Shown in pieces: positions 1 to 10,213 of a stretch of DNA of 64,000 nucleotides. The notes under the pieces were generated by a model. The model was given only the letters and a program-made list of their open reading frames with translations, had not been told where the DNA came from and did no database searches. Position numbers and translations under genes: made by a program. This stretch comes from Escherichia coli (GTDB lineage Bacteria; Pseudomonadota; Gammaproteobacteria; Enterobacterales; Enterobacteriaceae). The DNA lies in the NCBI RefSeq assembly GCF_046105845.1, contig NZ_CP151004.1, one strand, 5' to 3'. Within the stretch, counting starts at the first letter, position 1; each line of letters starts with the position of its first letter.

Positions 1-2270
1 AGTTAAAACAAAGTGCACTTGATTTCCATGAATTTCCAGTTCCAGGGAAAATCCAGGTTTCTCCAACCAAGCCTCTGGCAACGCAGCGCGATCTGGCGCT
101 GGCCTACTCACCAGGCGTTGCCGCACCTTGTCTTGAAATCGAAAAAGACCCGTTAAAAGCCTACAAATATACCGCGCGCGGTAACCTGGTGGCGGTGATC
201 TCTAACGGTACGGCTGTGCTGGGGTTAGGCAACATTGGCGCACTGGCAGGCAAACCGGTGATGGAAGGCAAGGGCGTTCTGTTTAAGAAATTCGCCGGGA
301 TTGATGTATTTGACATTGAAGTTGATGAACTCGACCCGGACAAATTTATTGAAGTCGTCGCCGCGCTCGAACCAACCTTCGGCGGCATCAACCTCGAAGA
401 CATTAAAGCGCCAGAATGTTTCTATATTGAACAGAAACTGCGCGAGCGGATGAATATTCCGGTATTCCACGACGATCAGCACGGCACGGCAATTATCAGC
501 ACTGCCGCCATCCTCAACGGCTTGCGCGTGGTGGAGAAAAACATCTCTGACGTGCGTATGGTGGTTTCCGGCGCGGGTGCTGCAGCAATCGCCTGTATGA
601 ACCTGCTGGTCGCGCTGGGTCTGCAAAAACATAACATCGTGGTTTGCGACTCAAAAGGCGTTATCTATCAGGGCCGTGAGCCAAACATGGCGGAAACCAA
701 AGCCGCATATGCGGTGGTGGATGACGGCAAACGTACCCTCGATGATGTGATTGAAGGCGCGGATATTTTCCTGGGATGTTCCGGCCCGAAAGTGCTGACC
801 CAGGAAATGGTGAAGAAAATGGCCCGTGCGCCAATGATCCTGGCGCTGGCGAACCCGGAACCGGAAATTCTGCCGCCGCTGGCGAAAGAAGTGCGTCCGG
901 ATGCCATCATCTGTACCGGCCGTTCCGACTACCCGAACCAGGTGAACAACGTTCTTTGCTTCCCGTTCATCTTCCGTGGCGCGCTGGACGTTGGCGCAAC
1001 CGCCATCAACGAAGAGATGAAACTGGCGGCGGTACGCGCGATTGCAGAACTGGCCCATGCGGAACAGAGTGAAGTGGTGGCTTCAGCTTATGGCGATCAG
1101 GATCTGAGCTTTGGTCCGGAATACATCATTCCAAAACCATTTGATCCGCGCTTGATCGTTAAGATCGCTCCTGCGGTCGCTAAAGCCGCGATGGAGTCGG
1201 GTGTGGCGACGCGTCCGATTGCTGATTTCGACGTCTACATCGACAAGCTGACGGAGTTCGTTTACAAAACCAACCTGTTTATGAAGCCGATTTTCTCCCA
1301 GGCTCGCAAAGCGCCGAAGCGCGTCGTTCTGCCGGAAGGGGAAGAGGCGCGCGTTCTGCATGCCACTCAGGAACTGGTAACGCTGGGGCTGGCGAAACCG
1401 ATCCTTATCGGTCGTCCGAACGTGATCGAAATGCGCATTCAGAAACTGGGCTTGCAGATCAAAGCGGGTGTTGATTTTGAGATCGTCAATAACGAATCCG
1501 ATCCGCGCTTTAAAGAGTACTGGACTGAATACTTCCAGATCATGAAGCGTCGCGGTGTCACTCAGGAACAGGCGCAGCGTGCATTGATCAGTAACCCGAC
1601 AGTGATCGGCGCGATCATGGTTCAGCGTGGCGAAGCCGATGCAATGATCTGCGGTACGGTGGGCGATTATCATGAACATTTTAGCGTGGTGAAAAATGTC
1701 TTTGGTTATCGCGATGGCGTTCACACCGCAGGTGCCATGAACGCGCTGCTGCTGCCGAGTGGTAACACCTTTATTGCCGATACATACGTCAATGACGAAC
1801 CAGACGCAGAAGAGCTTGCGGAGATCACCTTGATGGCGGCAGAAACTGTTCGTCGTTTTGGTATTGAGCCGCGCGTGGCTCTGTTGTCGCACTCCAACTT
1901 TGGTTCTTCTGACTGCCCGTCGTCGAGCAAAATGCGTCAGGCGCTGGAACTGGTCAGGGAACGTGCACCAGAACTGATGATTGATGGTGAAATGCACGGC
2001 GATGCAGCGCTGGTGGAAGCGATTCGCAGCGACCGTATGCCGGACAGCCCTTTGAAAGGTTCCGCCAATATTCTGGTGATGCCGAACATGGAAGCTGCCC
2101 GCATTAGTTACAACTTATTGCGCGTTTCCAGCTCGGAAGGTGTGACTGTCGGCCCGGTGCTGATGGGCGTGGCGAAACCGGTTCACGTGTTAACGCCGAT
2201 CGCATCGGTACGTCGTATCGTCAACATGGTGGCGCTAGCCGTGGTTGAAGCACAAACCCAACCGCTGTAA
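1..2270 (+). CDS. maeB: NADP-dependent malic enzyme MaeB (malic enzyme domain plus phosphotransacetylase-like C-terminal domain); 5' end lies upstream of window
   Basis: Open frame from window edge to TAA 2268-2270; translation (..[27 protein letters not shown].. to ..VVEAQTQPL) recognised as MaeB; ORF-track entry 189..2270 is only the first internal Met. Confidence 0.95.
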   Translation, partial: LKQSALDFHEFPVPGKIQVSPTKPLATQRDLALAYSPGVAAPCLEIEKDPLKAYKYTARGNLVAVISNGTAVLGLGNIGALAGKPVMEGKGVLFKKFAGIDVFDIEVDELDPDKFIEVVAALEPTFGGINLEDIKAPECFYIEQKLRERMNIPVFHDDQHGTAIISTAAILNGLRVVEKNISDVRMVVSGAGAAAIACMNLLVALGLQKHNIVVCDSKGVIYQGREPNMAETKAAYAVVDDGKRTLDDVIEGADIFLGCSGPKVLTQEMVKKMARAPMILALANPEPEILPPLAKEVRPDAIICTGRSDYPNQVNNVLCFPFIFRGALDVGATAINEEMKLAAVRAIAELAHAEQSEVVASAYGDQDLSFGPEYIIPKPFDPRLIVKIAPAVAKAAMESGVATRPIADFDVYIDKLTEFVYKTNLFMKPIFSQARKAPKRVVLPEGEEARVLHATQELVTLGLAKPILIGRPNVIEMRIQKLGLQIKAGVDFEIVNNESDPRFKEYWTEYFQIMKRRGVTQEQAQRALISNPTVIGAIMVQRGEADAMICGTVGDYHEHFSVVKNVFGYRDGVHTAGAMNALLLPSGNTFIADTYVNDEPDAEELAEITLMAAETVRRFGIEPRVALLSHSNFGSSDCPSSSKMRQALELVRERAPELMIDGEMHGDAALVEAIRSDRMPDSPLKGSANILVMPNMEAARISYNLLRVSSSEGVTVGPVLMGVAKPVHVLTPIASVRRIVNMVALAVVEAQTQPL

Positions 2271-2289
2271 TTCATTCTTAACTCTCACG

Positions 2290-2320
2290 CTTACCCTGAA
2301 TATTCAGGGTAAGCGGTTTT
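2290..2320 (+). terminator. Rho-independent terminator after maeB
   Basis: Inverted repeat cttaccctg..cagggtaag followed by cggtttt, 20 nt after maeB stop. Confidence 0.75.
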
Positions 2321-2562
2321 CCTGAAATATATTAGCAAAGTTTATTACTGAGTTTGCGAATAATAAAAAAAGCAGTATATAAATTATCTCGATATTATTT
2401 TATTTATATTCATGCCTCGCATATGAAAGTTTATTCATAACAGTAAATATCTCTCCATTCTTAGTGATCTACCTCACCTTTTAAACGCGCTTGCCGAATT
2501 TTGTTATTTACTCTGACGAAAAATTGTCACGATACACGAAAGTTTTTCACAGGCGGCGACTC
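2321..2562 (+). promoter_or_regulatory. AT-rich upstream region of the eut operon (expected main eut promoter / EutR-responsive region)
   Basis: About 240 bp of strongly AT-rich non-coding sequence directly upstream of eutS; exact -35/-10 and EutR site not resolved by eye. Confidence 0.4.
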
Positions 2563-2898
2563 ATGGATAAAGAACGCATCATTCAGGAATTTGTGCCCGG
2601 TAAACAGGTCACACTGGCGCATCTCATCGCGCATCCCGGCGAGGAACTGGCGAAGAAAATCGGCGTTCCTGATGCGGGCGCAATCGGCATTATGACGCTA
2701 ACTCCCGGCGAAACGGCGATGATCGCCGGTGATTTAGCACTAAAAGCCGCCGATGTGCATATCGGTTTTCTCGACCGTTTTAGCGGCGCGTTGGTGATTT
2801 ATGGCTCGGTGGGTGCAGTAGAAGAAGCGTTATCACAAACCGTCAGCGGTTTAGGGCGTTTATTAAATTATACGCTTTGTGAAATGACCAAAAGTTAA
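2563..2898 (+). CDS. eutS: Ethanolamine-utilisation microcompartment shell protein EutS (BMC domain)
   Basis: 111-aa translation [29 protein letters not shown]..; first gene of eut cluster; upstream in-frame Met of ORF track (2491) rejected. Confidence 0.92.
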
Positions 2899-2910
2899 TA
2901 CGAGGCATTC

Positions 2911-3390
2911 ATGAAACGAATTGCGTTTGTGGGTACCGTCGGGGCAGGAAAAACAACGTTATTTAATGCGTTGCAGGGAGATTATACCCTCGCCAGAAAA
3001 ACGCAGGCCGTAGAATTTAATGATAAGGGCGATATTGATACGCCGGGTGAATATTTTAGCCATCCCCGCTGGTATCACGCCTTAATTACCACGCTACAGG
3101 ATGTGGACATGCTGATCTATGTCCATGGCGCAAATGACCCGGAAAGCCGATTGCCTGCCGGGTTGCTGGATATTGGCGTCAGCAAACGGCAAATCGCCAT
3201 CATCAGTAAAACGGACATGCCGGATGCTGACGTCGCCGCAACGCGAAAGTTATTGCTTGAGACGGGCTTCGAGGAGCCGATTTTCGAGCTAAACAGCCAC
3301 GACCCGCAAAGCGTGCAGCAACTGGTGGATTATCTGGCATCTCTCACCAAACAGGAGGAAGCAGGTGAAAAAACTCATCACAGCGAATGA
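2911..3390 (+). CDS. eutP: Ethanolamine utilisation protein EutP (P-loop NTPase)
   Basis: 159 aa, Walker A motif GTVGAGKTT near N-terminus; position between eutS and eutQ. Confidence 0.92.
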   Translation: MKRIAFVGTVGAGKTTLFNALQGDYTLARKTQAVEFNDKGDIDTPGEYFSHPRWYHALITTLQDVDMLIYVHGANDPESRLPAGLLDIGVSKRQIAIISKTDMPDADVAATRKLLLETGFEEPIFELNSHDPQSVQQLVDYLASLTKQEEAGEKTHHSE

Positions 3391-4066
3391 TATTCGTGAA
3401 GCACACGCGCGCGGCGAACAGGCAATGTCCGTGGTTCTGCGCGCCAGCATTATTACCCCGGAAGCCCGTGAAGTGGCAGATCTACTGGGTTTTACCATCA
3501 CTGAATGTGATGAATCGACCCCGGTAACGGCGTCCGTTCCCGCCAGCGTGCCAGCCGATAAAACCGAAAGCCAGCGCATCCGCGAAACCATCATCGCCCA
3601 GCTACCGGAAGGCCAGTTTACCGAAAGCCTGGTCGCGCAGCTGATGGAAAAAGTGATGAAGGAAAAACTGTCGCTGGAGCAGGGTGCAATGCAGCCGAGT
3701 TTCAAATCGGTGACCGGCAAAGGCGGCATCAAAGTTATTGATGGCAGCAGCGTCAAGTTTGGTCGTTTCGACGGCGCACAGCCACACTGCGTCGGATTAA
3801 CGGATCTGGTCACCGGAGACGACGGCAGCAGCATGGCCGCTGGTTTTATGCAGTGGGAGAACGCCTTCTTCCCGTGGACCCTGAACTATGACGAAATCGA
3901 CATGGTACTGGAAGGGGAACTGCACGTTCGCCACGAAGGCGAAACCATGATCGCCAAAGCAGGCGACGTGATGTTTATCCCGAAAGGCTCCAGCATCGAA
4001 TTTGGTACGACATCCAGCGTGAAATTCCTGTATGTCGCCTGGCCGGCTAACTGGCAATCCCTATGA
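3365..4066 (+). CDS. eutQ: Ethanolamine utilisation protein EutQ (cupin-fold)
   Basis: 233 aa; GTG start at 3365 preceded by aggaggaa SD; overlaps eutP 3' end; translation MKKLITANDIREAHARGEQ.. Confidence 0.9.
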   Translation: MKKLITANDIREAHARGEQAMSVVLRASIITPEAREVADLLGFTITECDESTPVTASVPASVPADKTESQRIRETIIAQLPEGQFTESLVAQLMEKVMKEKLSLEQGAMQPSFKSVTGKGGIKVIDGSSVKFGRFDGAQPHCVGLTDLVTGDDGSSMAAGFMQWENAFFPWTLNYDEIDMVLEGELHVRHEGETMIAKAGDVMFIPKGSSIEFGTTSSVKFLYVAWPANWQSL

Positions 4067-4866
4067 AAGATTTCATCACCGAAGCATGGCTAAGAGCGAA
4101 CCATACGCTCAGCGAAGGCGCAGAGATCCATCTCCCTGCGGACAGTCGCCTGACGCCCTCTGCCCGGGAGTTGCTGGAAAGCCGCCATCTGCGCATCAAG
4201 TTTATTGACGAGCAGGGCCGCCTGTTTGTTGACGATGAACAGCAGCAGCCGCAGCCCGTTCATGGGCTGACCAGTAGCGATGAACATCCGCAGGCGTGCT
4301 GCGAACTGTGCCGCCAGCCGGTGGCGAAAAAGCCGGATACGCTGACTCACCTGTCGGCGGAAAAAATGGTTGCCAAAAGCGATCCGCGTCTGGGTTTTCG
4401 TGCGGTTCTCGACAGCACCATTGCGCTGGCAGTGTGGCTGCAAATTGAACTGGCGGAACCGTGGCAGCCGTGGCTGGCGGATATCCGTTCGCGTCTTGGC
4501 AACATTATGCGTGCCGATGCGCTGGGGGAACCGCTGGGCGATCAAGCGATTGTCGGGCTTTCTGACGAAGATCTGCACCGGCTTTCTCATCAGCCGTTGC
4601 GTTATCTTGGTCACGATCATCTGGTGCCGGAAGCCAGCCACGGGCGCGATGCGGCGTTGCTGAATCTGCTACGCACCAAAGTGCGGGAAACCGAAACCGT
4701 AGCGGCGCAGGTGTTTATCACCCGCAGCTTTGAAGTATTACGCCCGGACATCTTGCAGGCGCTGAACCGCCTTTCCAGCACGGTCTACGTGATGATGATC
4801 CTGAGCGTAACGAAGCAGCCGCTAACGGTGAAGCAGATCCAACAACGACTGGGGGAAACGCAATGA
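4063..4866 (+). CDS. eutT: EutT corrinoid adenosyltransferase
   Basis: 267 aa; ATGA start/stop overlap with eutQ; position in eut operon. Confidence 0.9.
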   Translation: MKDFITEAWLRANHTLSEGAEIHLPADSRLTPSARELLESRHLRIKFIDEQGRLFVDDEQQQPQPVHGLTSSDEHPQACCELCRQPVAKKPDTLTHLSAEKMVAKSDPRLGFRAVLDSTIALAVWLQIELAEPWQPWLADIRSRLGNIMRADALGEPLGDQAIVGLSDEDLHRLSHQPLRYLGHDHLVPEASHGRDAALLNLLRTKVRETETVAAQVFITRSFEVLRPDILQALNRLSSTVYVMMILSVTKQPLTVKQIQQRLGETQ

Positions 4867-5879
4867 TTATTGAACGTTGTCGTGAACTGGCGTTGCGAGC
4901 GCCCGCCACAGTGGTTTTTCCGGATGCGTTAGATCAACGTGTGCTGAAAGCTGCGCAATATTTACATCAACAAGGTCTGGCAACGCCCATTCTGGTCGCC
5001 AATCCGTTTGAACTTCGTCAGTTTGCGCTCAGTCACGGCGTGGCGATGGACGGGCTACAGGTGATAGATCCACATGGCAACCTCGCAATGCGGGAAGAAT
5101 TTGCCCATCGCTGGCTGGCCCGCGCGGGCGAAAAAACGCCGCCGGATGCGCTGGAAAAACTCACCGAACCGCTTATGTTCGCCGCAGCAATGGTCAGCGC
5201 CGGTAAAGCGGATGTCTGTATCGCGGGCAACCTCTCTTCCACGGCGAATGTGCTGCGTGCCGGATTACGCATTATCGGCTTGCAGCCAGGCTGTAAAACG
5301 CTCTCCTCCATTTTCCTGATGCTGCCACAGTACAGTGGCCCCGCATTGGGCTTTGCCGATTGCAGCGTGGTGCCACAGCCGACGGCGGCGCAGTTGGCGG
5401 ATATCGCGCTTGCCAGCGCCGAAACCTGGCGCGCCATCACCGGAGAAGAGCCGCGCGTGGCGATGTTGTCGTTTTCCAGTAACGGCAGCGCCCGTCACCC
5501 CTGCGTTGCCAATGTCCAGCAGGCGACAGAAATCGTCCGTGAGCGCGCGCCGCAGTTGGTAGTCGATGGCGAGTTGCAGTTTGACGCCGCCTTCGTGCCG
5601 GAAGTGGCGGCGCAAAAAGCGCCTGCCAGCCCGCTACAAGGCAAGGCCAATGTGATGGTTTTTCCGTCGCTGGAAGCCGGAAATATTGGCTACAAAATCG
5701 CACAACGACTCGGCGGATATCGTGCCGTCGGGCCATTGATACAAGGACTTGCCGCGCCGATGCACGATCTCTCTCGTGGTTGTAGCGTGCAGGAAATTAT
5801 CGAGCTGGCGCTGGTGGCAGCTGTGCCGCGTCAGACAGAAGTAAACCGTGAAAGCAGTTTACAAACACTGGTTGAATGA
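4863..5879 (+). CDS. eutD: EutD phosphotransacetylase (Pta family)
   Basis: 338 aa Pta-like translation; ATGA overlap with eutT. Confidence 0.92.
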   Translation: MIIERCRELALRAPATVVFPDALDQRVLKAAQYLHQQGLATPILVANPFELRQFALSHGVAMDGLQVIDPHGNLAMREEFAHRWLARAGEKTPPDALEKLTEPLMFAAAMVSAGKADVCIAGNLSSTANVLRAGLRIIGLQPGCKTLSSIFLMLPQYSGPALGFADCSVVPQPTAAQLADIALASAETWRAITGEEPRVAMLSFSSNGSARHPCVANVQQATEIVRERAPQLVVDGELQFDAAFVPEVAAQKAPASPLQGKANVMVFPSLEAGNIGYKIAQRLGGYRAVGPLIQGLAAPMHDLSRGCSVQEIIELALVAAVPRQTEVNRESSLQTLVE

Positions 5880-5917
5880 ACGGTCCCGTTCTGGACCCTG
5901 ATAAAGAGGAAAGCACA

Positions 5918-6211
5918 ATGGAAGCATTAGGAATGATCGAAACCCGGGGCCTGGTTGCACTGATTGAGGCTTCTGACGCGATGGTTAAAGCTGCGCGCGT
6001 CAAGCTGGTTGGTGTTAAGCAGATTGGCGGCGGCCTGTGTACTGCCATGGTTCGTGGTGATGTTGCAGCCTGTAAAGCCGCGACCGACGCAGGTGCTGCA
6101 GCGGCACAGCGTATCGGCGAGCTGGTATCTGTACACGTTATCCCGCGTCCGCACGGCGACCTGGAAGAAGTCTTCCCGATCGGCCTGAAAGGCGATAGCA
6201 GCAACCTGTAA
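5918..6211 (+). CDS. eutM: EutM major microcompartment shell protein (BMC-H)
   Basis: 97 aa [28 protein letters not shown]..; SD aaagagga 8 nt upstream; ORF-track N-terminal extension (5876) rejected. Confidence 0.93.
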   Translation: MEALGMIETRGLVALIEASDAMVKAARVKLVGVKQIGGGLCTAMVRGDVAACKAATDAGAAAAQRIGELVSVHVIPRPHGDLEEVFPIGLKGDSSNL

Positions 6212-6317
6212 TCACCCTGTGTGACGTCGATTCGGGCGTCACGCTCTCTCCTTTTTCAGTTTACCTTCCGCGGAGGGTAGGGGGAGCTTTTACCTGAAAT
6301 ACGCCACGGAGGCGGGT

Positions 6318-6605
6318 ATGAAACTGGCAGTCGTCACTGGACAAATTGTTTGTACCGTACGCCATCACGGACTGGCGCATGACAAATTGCTGATGGTGGA
6401 AATGATTGATCCACAAGGTAATCCTGACGGGCAATGTGCCGTCGCCATCGACAATATTGGCGCGGGAACCGGGGAGTGGGTGTTGCTGGTGAGTGGCAGT
6501 TCTGCCCGCCAGGCGCATAAAAGCGAAACGTCACCGGTCGATCTGTGCGTGATTGGCATCGTCGATGAGGTGGTGTCTGGCGGTCAGGTAATTTTCCACA
6601 AATAA
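6318..6605 (+). CDS. eutN: EutN microcompartment vertex protein (BMC-P)
   Basis: 95 aa MKLAVVTGQIVCTVRHHGL..; follows eutM. Confidence 0.92.
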   Translation: MKLAVVTGQIVCTVRHHGLAHDKLLMVEMIDPQGNPDGQCAVAIDNIGAGTGEWVLLVSGSSARQAHKSETSPVDLCVIGIVDEVVSGGQVIFHK

Positions 6606-6616
6606 GGCAGAACATC

Positions 6617-8020
6617 ATGAATCAACAGGATATTGAACAGGTGGTGAAAGCGGTACTGCTGAAAATGCAAAGCAGTGACACGCCGCCCGCCGCCGTTCAT
6701 GAGATAGGCGTTTTCGCGTCCCTGGATGACGCCGTTGCGGCAGCCAAAATTGCCCAGCAAGGGTTAAAGAGCGTGGCAATGCGCCAGTTAGCCATTGCTG
6801 CCATTCGTGAAGCAGGCGAAAAACACGCCAGAGATTTAGCGGAACTTGCCGTCAGTGAAACCGGCATGGGCCGCATCGAAGATAAATTTGCCAAAAACGT
6901 CGCTCAGGCGCGCGGCACACCGGGCGTTGAGTGCCTCTCTCCGCAGGTGCTGACTGGCGACAACGGCCTGACTTTAATTGAAAACGCGCCCTGGGGCGTG
7001 GTGGCTTCGGTGACGCCTTCCACTAACCCGGCGGCAACCGTCATTAATAACGCCATCAGCCTGATTGCCGCGGGCAACAGCGTCATTTTTGCCCCGCATC
7101 CGGCGGCGAAAAAAGTCTCCCAGCGGGCGATCACGCTGCTCAACCAGGCGATTGTTGCCGCAGGCGGGCCGGAAAACTTACTGGTTACTGTGGCCAATCC
7201 GGATATCGAAACCGCGCAACGTTTGTTCAAGTTCCCGGGTATCGGCCTGCTGGTGGTGACCGGCGGCGAAGCGGTAGTGGAAGCGGCGCGTAAACACACC
7301 AATAAACGTCTGATTGCCGCAGGTGCTGGCAACCCGCCGGTAGTGGTGGATGAAACCGCTGACCTCGCCCGTGCAGCTCAGTCCATCGTCAAAGGCGCGT
7401 CTTTCGATAACAACATCATTTGTGCCGACGAAAAGGTACTGATTGTTGTGGATAGCGTAGCCGATGAACTGATGCGTCTGATGGAAGGCCAGCACGCGGT
7501 GAAACTGACCGCAGAGCAGGCGCAGCAGCTACAACCGGTGTTGCTGAAAAATATCGACGAGCGCGGAAAAGGCACCGTCAGCCGTGACTGGGTTGGTCGT
7601 GATGCGGCGAAAATCGCGGCGGCAATCGGCCTTACAGTTCCGGAACAAACGCGACTGCTGTTTGTAGAAACCACCGCAGAACATCCGTTTGCCGTGACCG
7701 AACTGATGATGCCGGTGCTGCCCGTCGTGCGCGTCGCCAACGTGGCGGATGCCATTGCGCTGGCGGTGAAACTGGAAGGCGGTTGCCACCACACGGCGGC
7801 AATGCACTCGCGCAATATCGAGAACATGAACCAGATGGCGAATGCCATTGATACCAGCATTTTCGTTAAGAACGGACCGTGCATTGCCGGGCTGGGGCTG
7901 GGCGGGGAAGGCTGGACCACCATGACCATCACCACGCCAACCGGTGAAGGGGTAACCAGCGCGCGTACGTTTGTCCGTCTGCGTCGCTGTGTATTAGTCG
8001 ATGCGTTTCGCATTGTTTAA
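6617..8020 (+). CDS. eutE: EutE CoA-acylating acetaldehyde dehydrogenase
   Basis: 467 aa aldehyde-dehydrogenase-like translation with N-terminal BMC-targeting-like helix; operon position. Confidence 0.92.
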   Translation: MNQQDIEQVVKAVLLKMQSSDTPPAAVHEIGVFASLDDAVAAAKIAQQGLKSVAMRQLAIAAIREAGEKHARDLAELAVSETGMGRIEDKFAKNVAQARGTPGVECLSPQVLTGDNGLTLIENAPWGVVASVTPSTNPAATVINNAISLIAAGNSVIFAPHPAAKKVSQRAITLLNQAIVAAGGPENLLVTVANPDIETAQRLFKFPGIGLLVVTGGEAVVEAARKHTNKRLIAAGAGNPPVVVDETADLARAAQSIVKGASFDNNIICADEKVLIVVDSVADELMRLMEGQHAVKLTAEQAQQLQPVLLKNIDERGKGTVSRDWVGRDAAKIAAAIGLTVPEQTRLLFVETTAEHPFAVTELMMPVLPVVRVANVADAIALAVKLEGGCHHTAAMHSRNIENMNQMANAIDTSIFVKNGPCIAGLGLGGEGWTTMTITTPTGEGVTSARTFVRLRRCVLVDAFRIV

Positions 8021-8030
8021 GGAGTAACCG

Positions 8031-8867
8031 ATGGCGCACGACGAACAATGGCTCACCCCACGTCTGCACATAGCGGCAACGCTGTGTAACCAGACGCCTG
8101 CCGCGACGGAATCTCCGCTGTGGCTGGGGGTGGATTTGGGCACCTGCGATGTGGTGTCGATGGTTGTTGACCGCGACGGTCAGCCGGTGGCGGTATGCCT
8201 CGACTGGGCTGATGTGGTCCGCGACGGCATCGTCTGGGATTTCTTCGGTGCGGTCACCATTGTTCGTCGCCATCTCGACACCCTCGAGCAGCAATTCGGT
8301 CGCCGTTTTAGCCATGCGGCGACCTCTTTTCCTCCAGGTACGGACCCGCGTATTTCCATCAACGTGCTGGAGTCTGCCGGGCTGGAAGTGAGCCATGTGC
8401 TGGATGAGCCAACCGCAGTCGCGGATCTGCTGCAACTGGACAACGCCGGTGTAGTGGATATCGGCGGTGGCACTACCGGCATTGCCATCGTGAAAAAGGG
8501 CAAGGTGACGTACTCGGCAGATGAAGCCACCGGCGGACATCACATCTCTCTGACTCTCGCCGGAAATCGTCGTATTTCGCTGGAAGAGGCAGAGCAGTAC
8601 AAGCGCGGTCACGGTGAAGAGATTTGGCCCGCGGTGAAACCGGTGTACGAAAAAATGGCGGACATTGTTGCCCGGCATATTGAAGGGCAGGGCATTACTG
8701 ATTTATGGCTGGCGGGCGGCTCCTGTATGCAACCGGGCGTGGCGGAACTGTTTTGCAAACAATTCCCGGCGTTACAGGTGCATCTACCGCAGCACAGTTT
8801 GTTTATGACCCCGCTGGCGATCGCCAGTAGCGGGCGAGAGAAAGCGGAGGGGATCTATGCAAAATGA
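8031..8867 (+). CDS. eutJ: EutJ Hsp70/actin-fold chaperone-like protein
   Basis: 278 aa; motifs DLGTCDV, VDIGGGTTGIA typical of actin/Hsp70 ATPase fold. Confidence 0.9.
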   Translation: MAHDEQWLTPRLHIAATLCNQTPAATESPLWLGVDLGTCDVVSMVVDRDGQPVAVCLDWADVVRDGIVWDFFGAVTIVRRHLDTLEQQFGRRFSHAATSFPPGTDPRISINVLESAGLEVSHVLDEPTAVADLLQLDNAGVVDIGGGTTGIAIVKKGKVTYSADEATGGHHISLTLAGNRRISLEEAEQYKRGHGEEIWPAVKPVYEKMADIVARHIEGQGITDLWLAGGSCMQPGVAELFCKQFPALQVHLPQHSLFMTPLAIASSGREKAEGIYAK

Positions 8868-10044
8868 ATTGCAGACCGCGCTCTTTCAGGCGTTCGATAC
8901 CCTGAATCTGCAACGGGTAAAAACATTTAGCGTTCCACCGGTGACGCTTTGCGGTCCGGGCGCGATGAGCAGTTGCGGGCAGCAAGCGCAAACGCGTGGG
9001 CTGAAACATCTGTTCGTGATGGCAGACAGCTTTTTGCATCAGGCGGGGATGACCGCCGGGCTGACGCGTAGCCTGGCCGTTAAAGGTATCGCCATGACGC
9101 TCTGGCCATGTCTGGTGGGCGAACCGTGCATCACCGACGTGTGTGCAGCCGTGGCGCAGTTGCGTGAATCGGGTTGCGATGGGGTGATCGCGTTTGGTGG
9201 TGGCTCGGTGCTGGATGCGGCAAAAGCCGTGGCGTTGCTGGTGACGAATCCCGATAGCACGCTGGCAGAAATGTCAGAAACCAGCATTCTGCAACCGCGC
9301 CTGCCGTTGATTGCCATTCCAACGACCGCCGGAACCGGCTCTGAAACCACCAACGTAACGGTGATTATCGACGCTGTGAGCGGGCGCAAGCAGGTGTTAG
9401 CCCACGCCTCGCTGATGCCGGATGTGGCGATTCTCGACGCTGCGCTGACCGAAGGCGTGCCGTCGCATGTCACGGCGATGACTGGCATTGATGCGTTAAC
9501 CCATGCTATTGAAGCGTACAGCGCGCTGAACGCGACACCGTTTACCGACAGCCTGGCGATTGGCGCAATCGCGATGATTGGTAAATCACTGCCGAAAGCG
9601 GTGGGCTACGGTCATGACCTTGCCGCGCGCGAGAGCATGTTGCTGGCTTCATGCATGGCGGGAATGGCGTTTTCCAGTGCGGGGCTTGGGTTATGCCACG
9701 CGATGGCGCATCAGCCGGGGGCGGCGCTGCATATTCCGCACGGTCTGGCGAACGCCATGTTGCTGCCAACGGTGATGGAATTTAACCGGATGGTTTGTCG
9801 TGAACGCTTTAGTCAGATTGGTCGGGCGCTGCGAACTAAAAAATCCGACGATCGTGACGCTATTAACGCGGTAAGTGAGCTGATTGCGGAAGTCGGGATT
9901 GGTAAACGACTGGGCGATATTGGTGCGACATCTGCGCATTACGGCGCATGGGCGCAGGCCGCGCTGGAAGATATTTGTCTGCGCAGCAACCCGCGTACCG
10001 CCAGCCTGGAGCAGATTATTGGTCTGTATGCTGCGGCGCAATAA
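8857..10044 (+). CDS. eutG: EutG iron-containing alcohol dehydrogenase
   Basis: 395 aa Fe-ADH-like translation; overlaps eutJ 3' end by 11 nt. Confidence 0.92.
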   Translation: MQNELQTALFQAFDTLNLQRVKTFSVPPVTLCGPGAMSSCGQQAQTRGLKHLFVMADSFLHQAGMTAGLTRSLAVKGIAMTLWPCLVGEPCITDVCAAVAQLRESGCDGVIAFGGGSVLDAAKAVALLVTNPDSTLAEMSETSILQPRLPLIAIPTTAGTGSETTNVTVIIDAVSGRKQVLAHASLMPDVAILDAALTEGVPSHVTAMTGIDALTHAIEAYSALNATPFTDSLAIGAIAMIGKSLPKAVGYGHDLAARESMLLASCMAGMAFSSAGLGLCHAMAHQPGAALHIPHGLANAMLLPTVMEFNRMVCRERFSQIGRALRTKKSDDRDAINAVSELIAEVGIGKRLGDIGATSAHYGAWAQAALEDICLRSNPRTASLEQIIGLYAAAQ

Positions 10045-10057
10045 AAGTGTACGGACA

Positions 10058-10160
10058 GTCCCCTCGCCCCTTTGGGGAGAGGGTTAGGGTGAGGGGAACA
10101 GAGTCGCGCCGGTGCAAACAATTACCCTCACCCCGGCCCCTCGGCTTCCAGAGTGAGGGA
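10058..10160. repeat. GC-rich palindromic intergenic repeat cluster (REP/BIME-like) between eutG and eutH
   Basis: cccctcgcccctttggggagagggttagggtgagggg ... ccctcaccccggcccctcgg; imperfect inverted repeats flanking a short spacer. Confidence 0.6.
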
Positions 10161-10213
10161 AAAACCCACTTTCAGCATTGGCAATAAATAACAACTAACA
10201 GGGAGTAAAGGTG

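Noticed and set aside
1083-1997. Long antisense ORFs inside well-supported genes (304 aa opposite maeB; also 11653..12504 opposite eutA, 20971..21765 opposite yfeX, 27919..28647 opposite cysP, 45305..46366 opposite gltX, 50610..51560 opposite nupC, 55579..56271 opposite glk, 58238..59026 opposite ypdF, 7929..8678 opposite eutJ)
   Set aside because: They lie wholly within recognisable conserved genes on the other strand, lack ribosome-binding sites, and have arbitrary R/H/C-rich composition; long antisense open frames are expected by chance in GC-balanced coding DNA.
9939-10187. Small ORFs across the eutG-eutH intergenic repeat
   Set aside because: Composed of GC-rich REP/BIME-like palindromes; no ribosome-binding site and no plausible protein.
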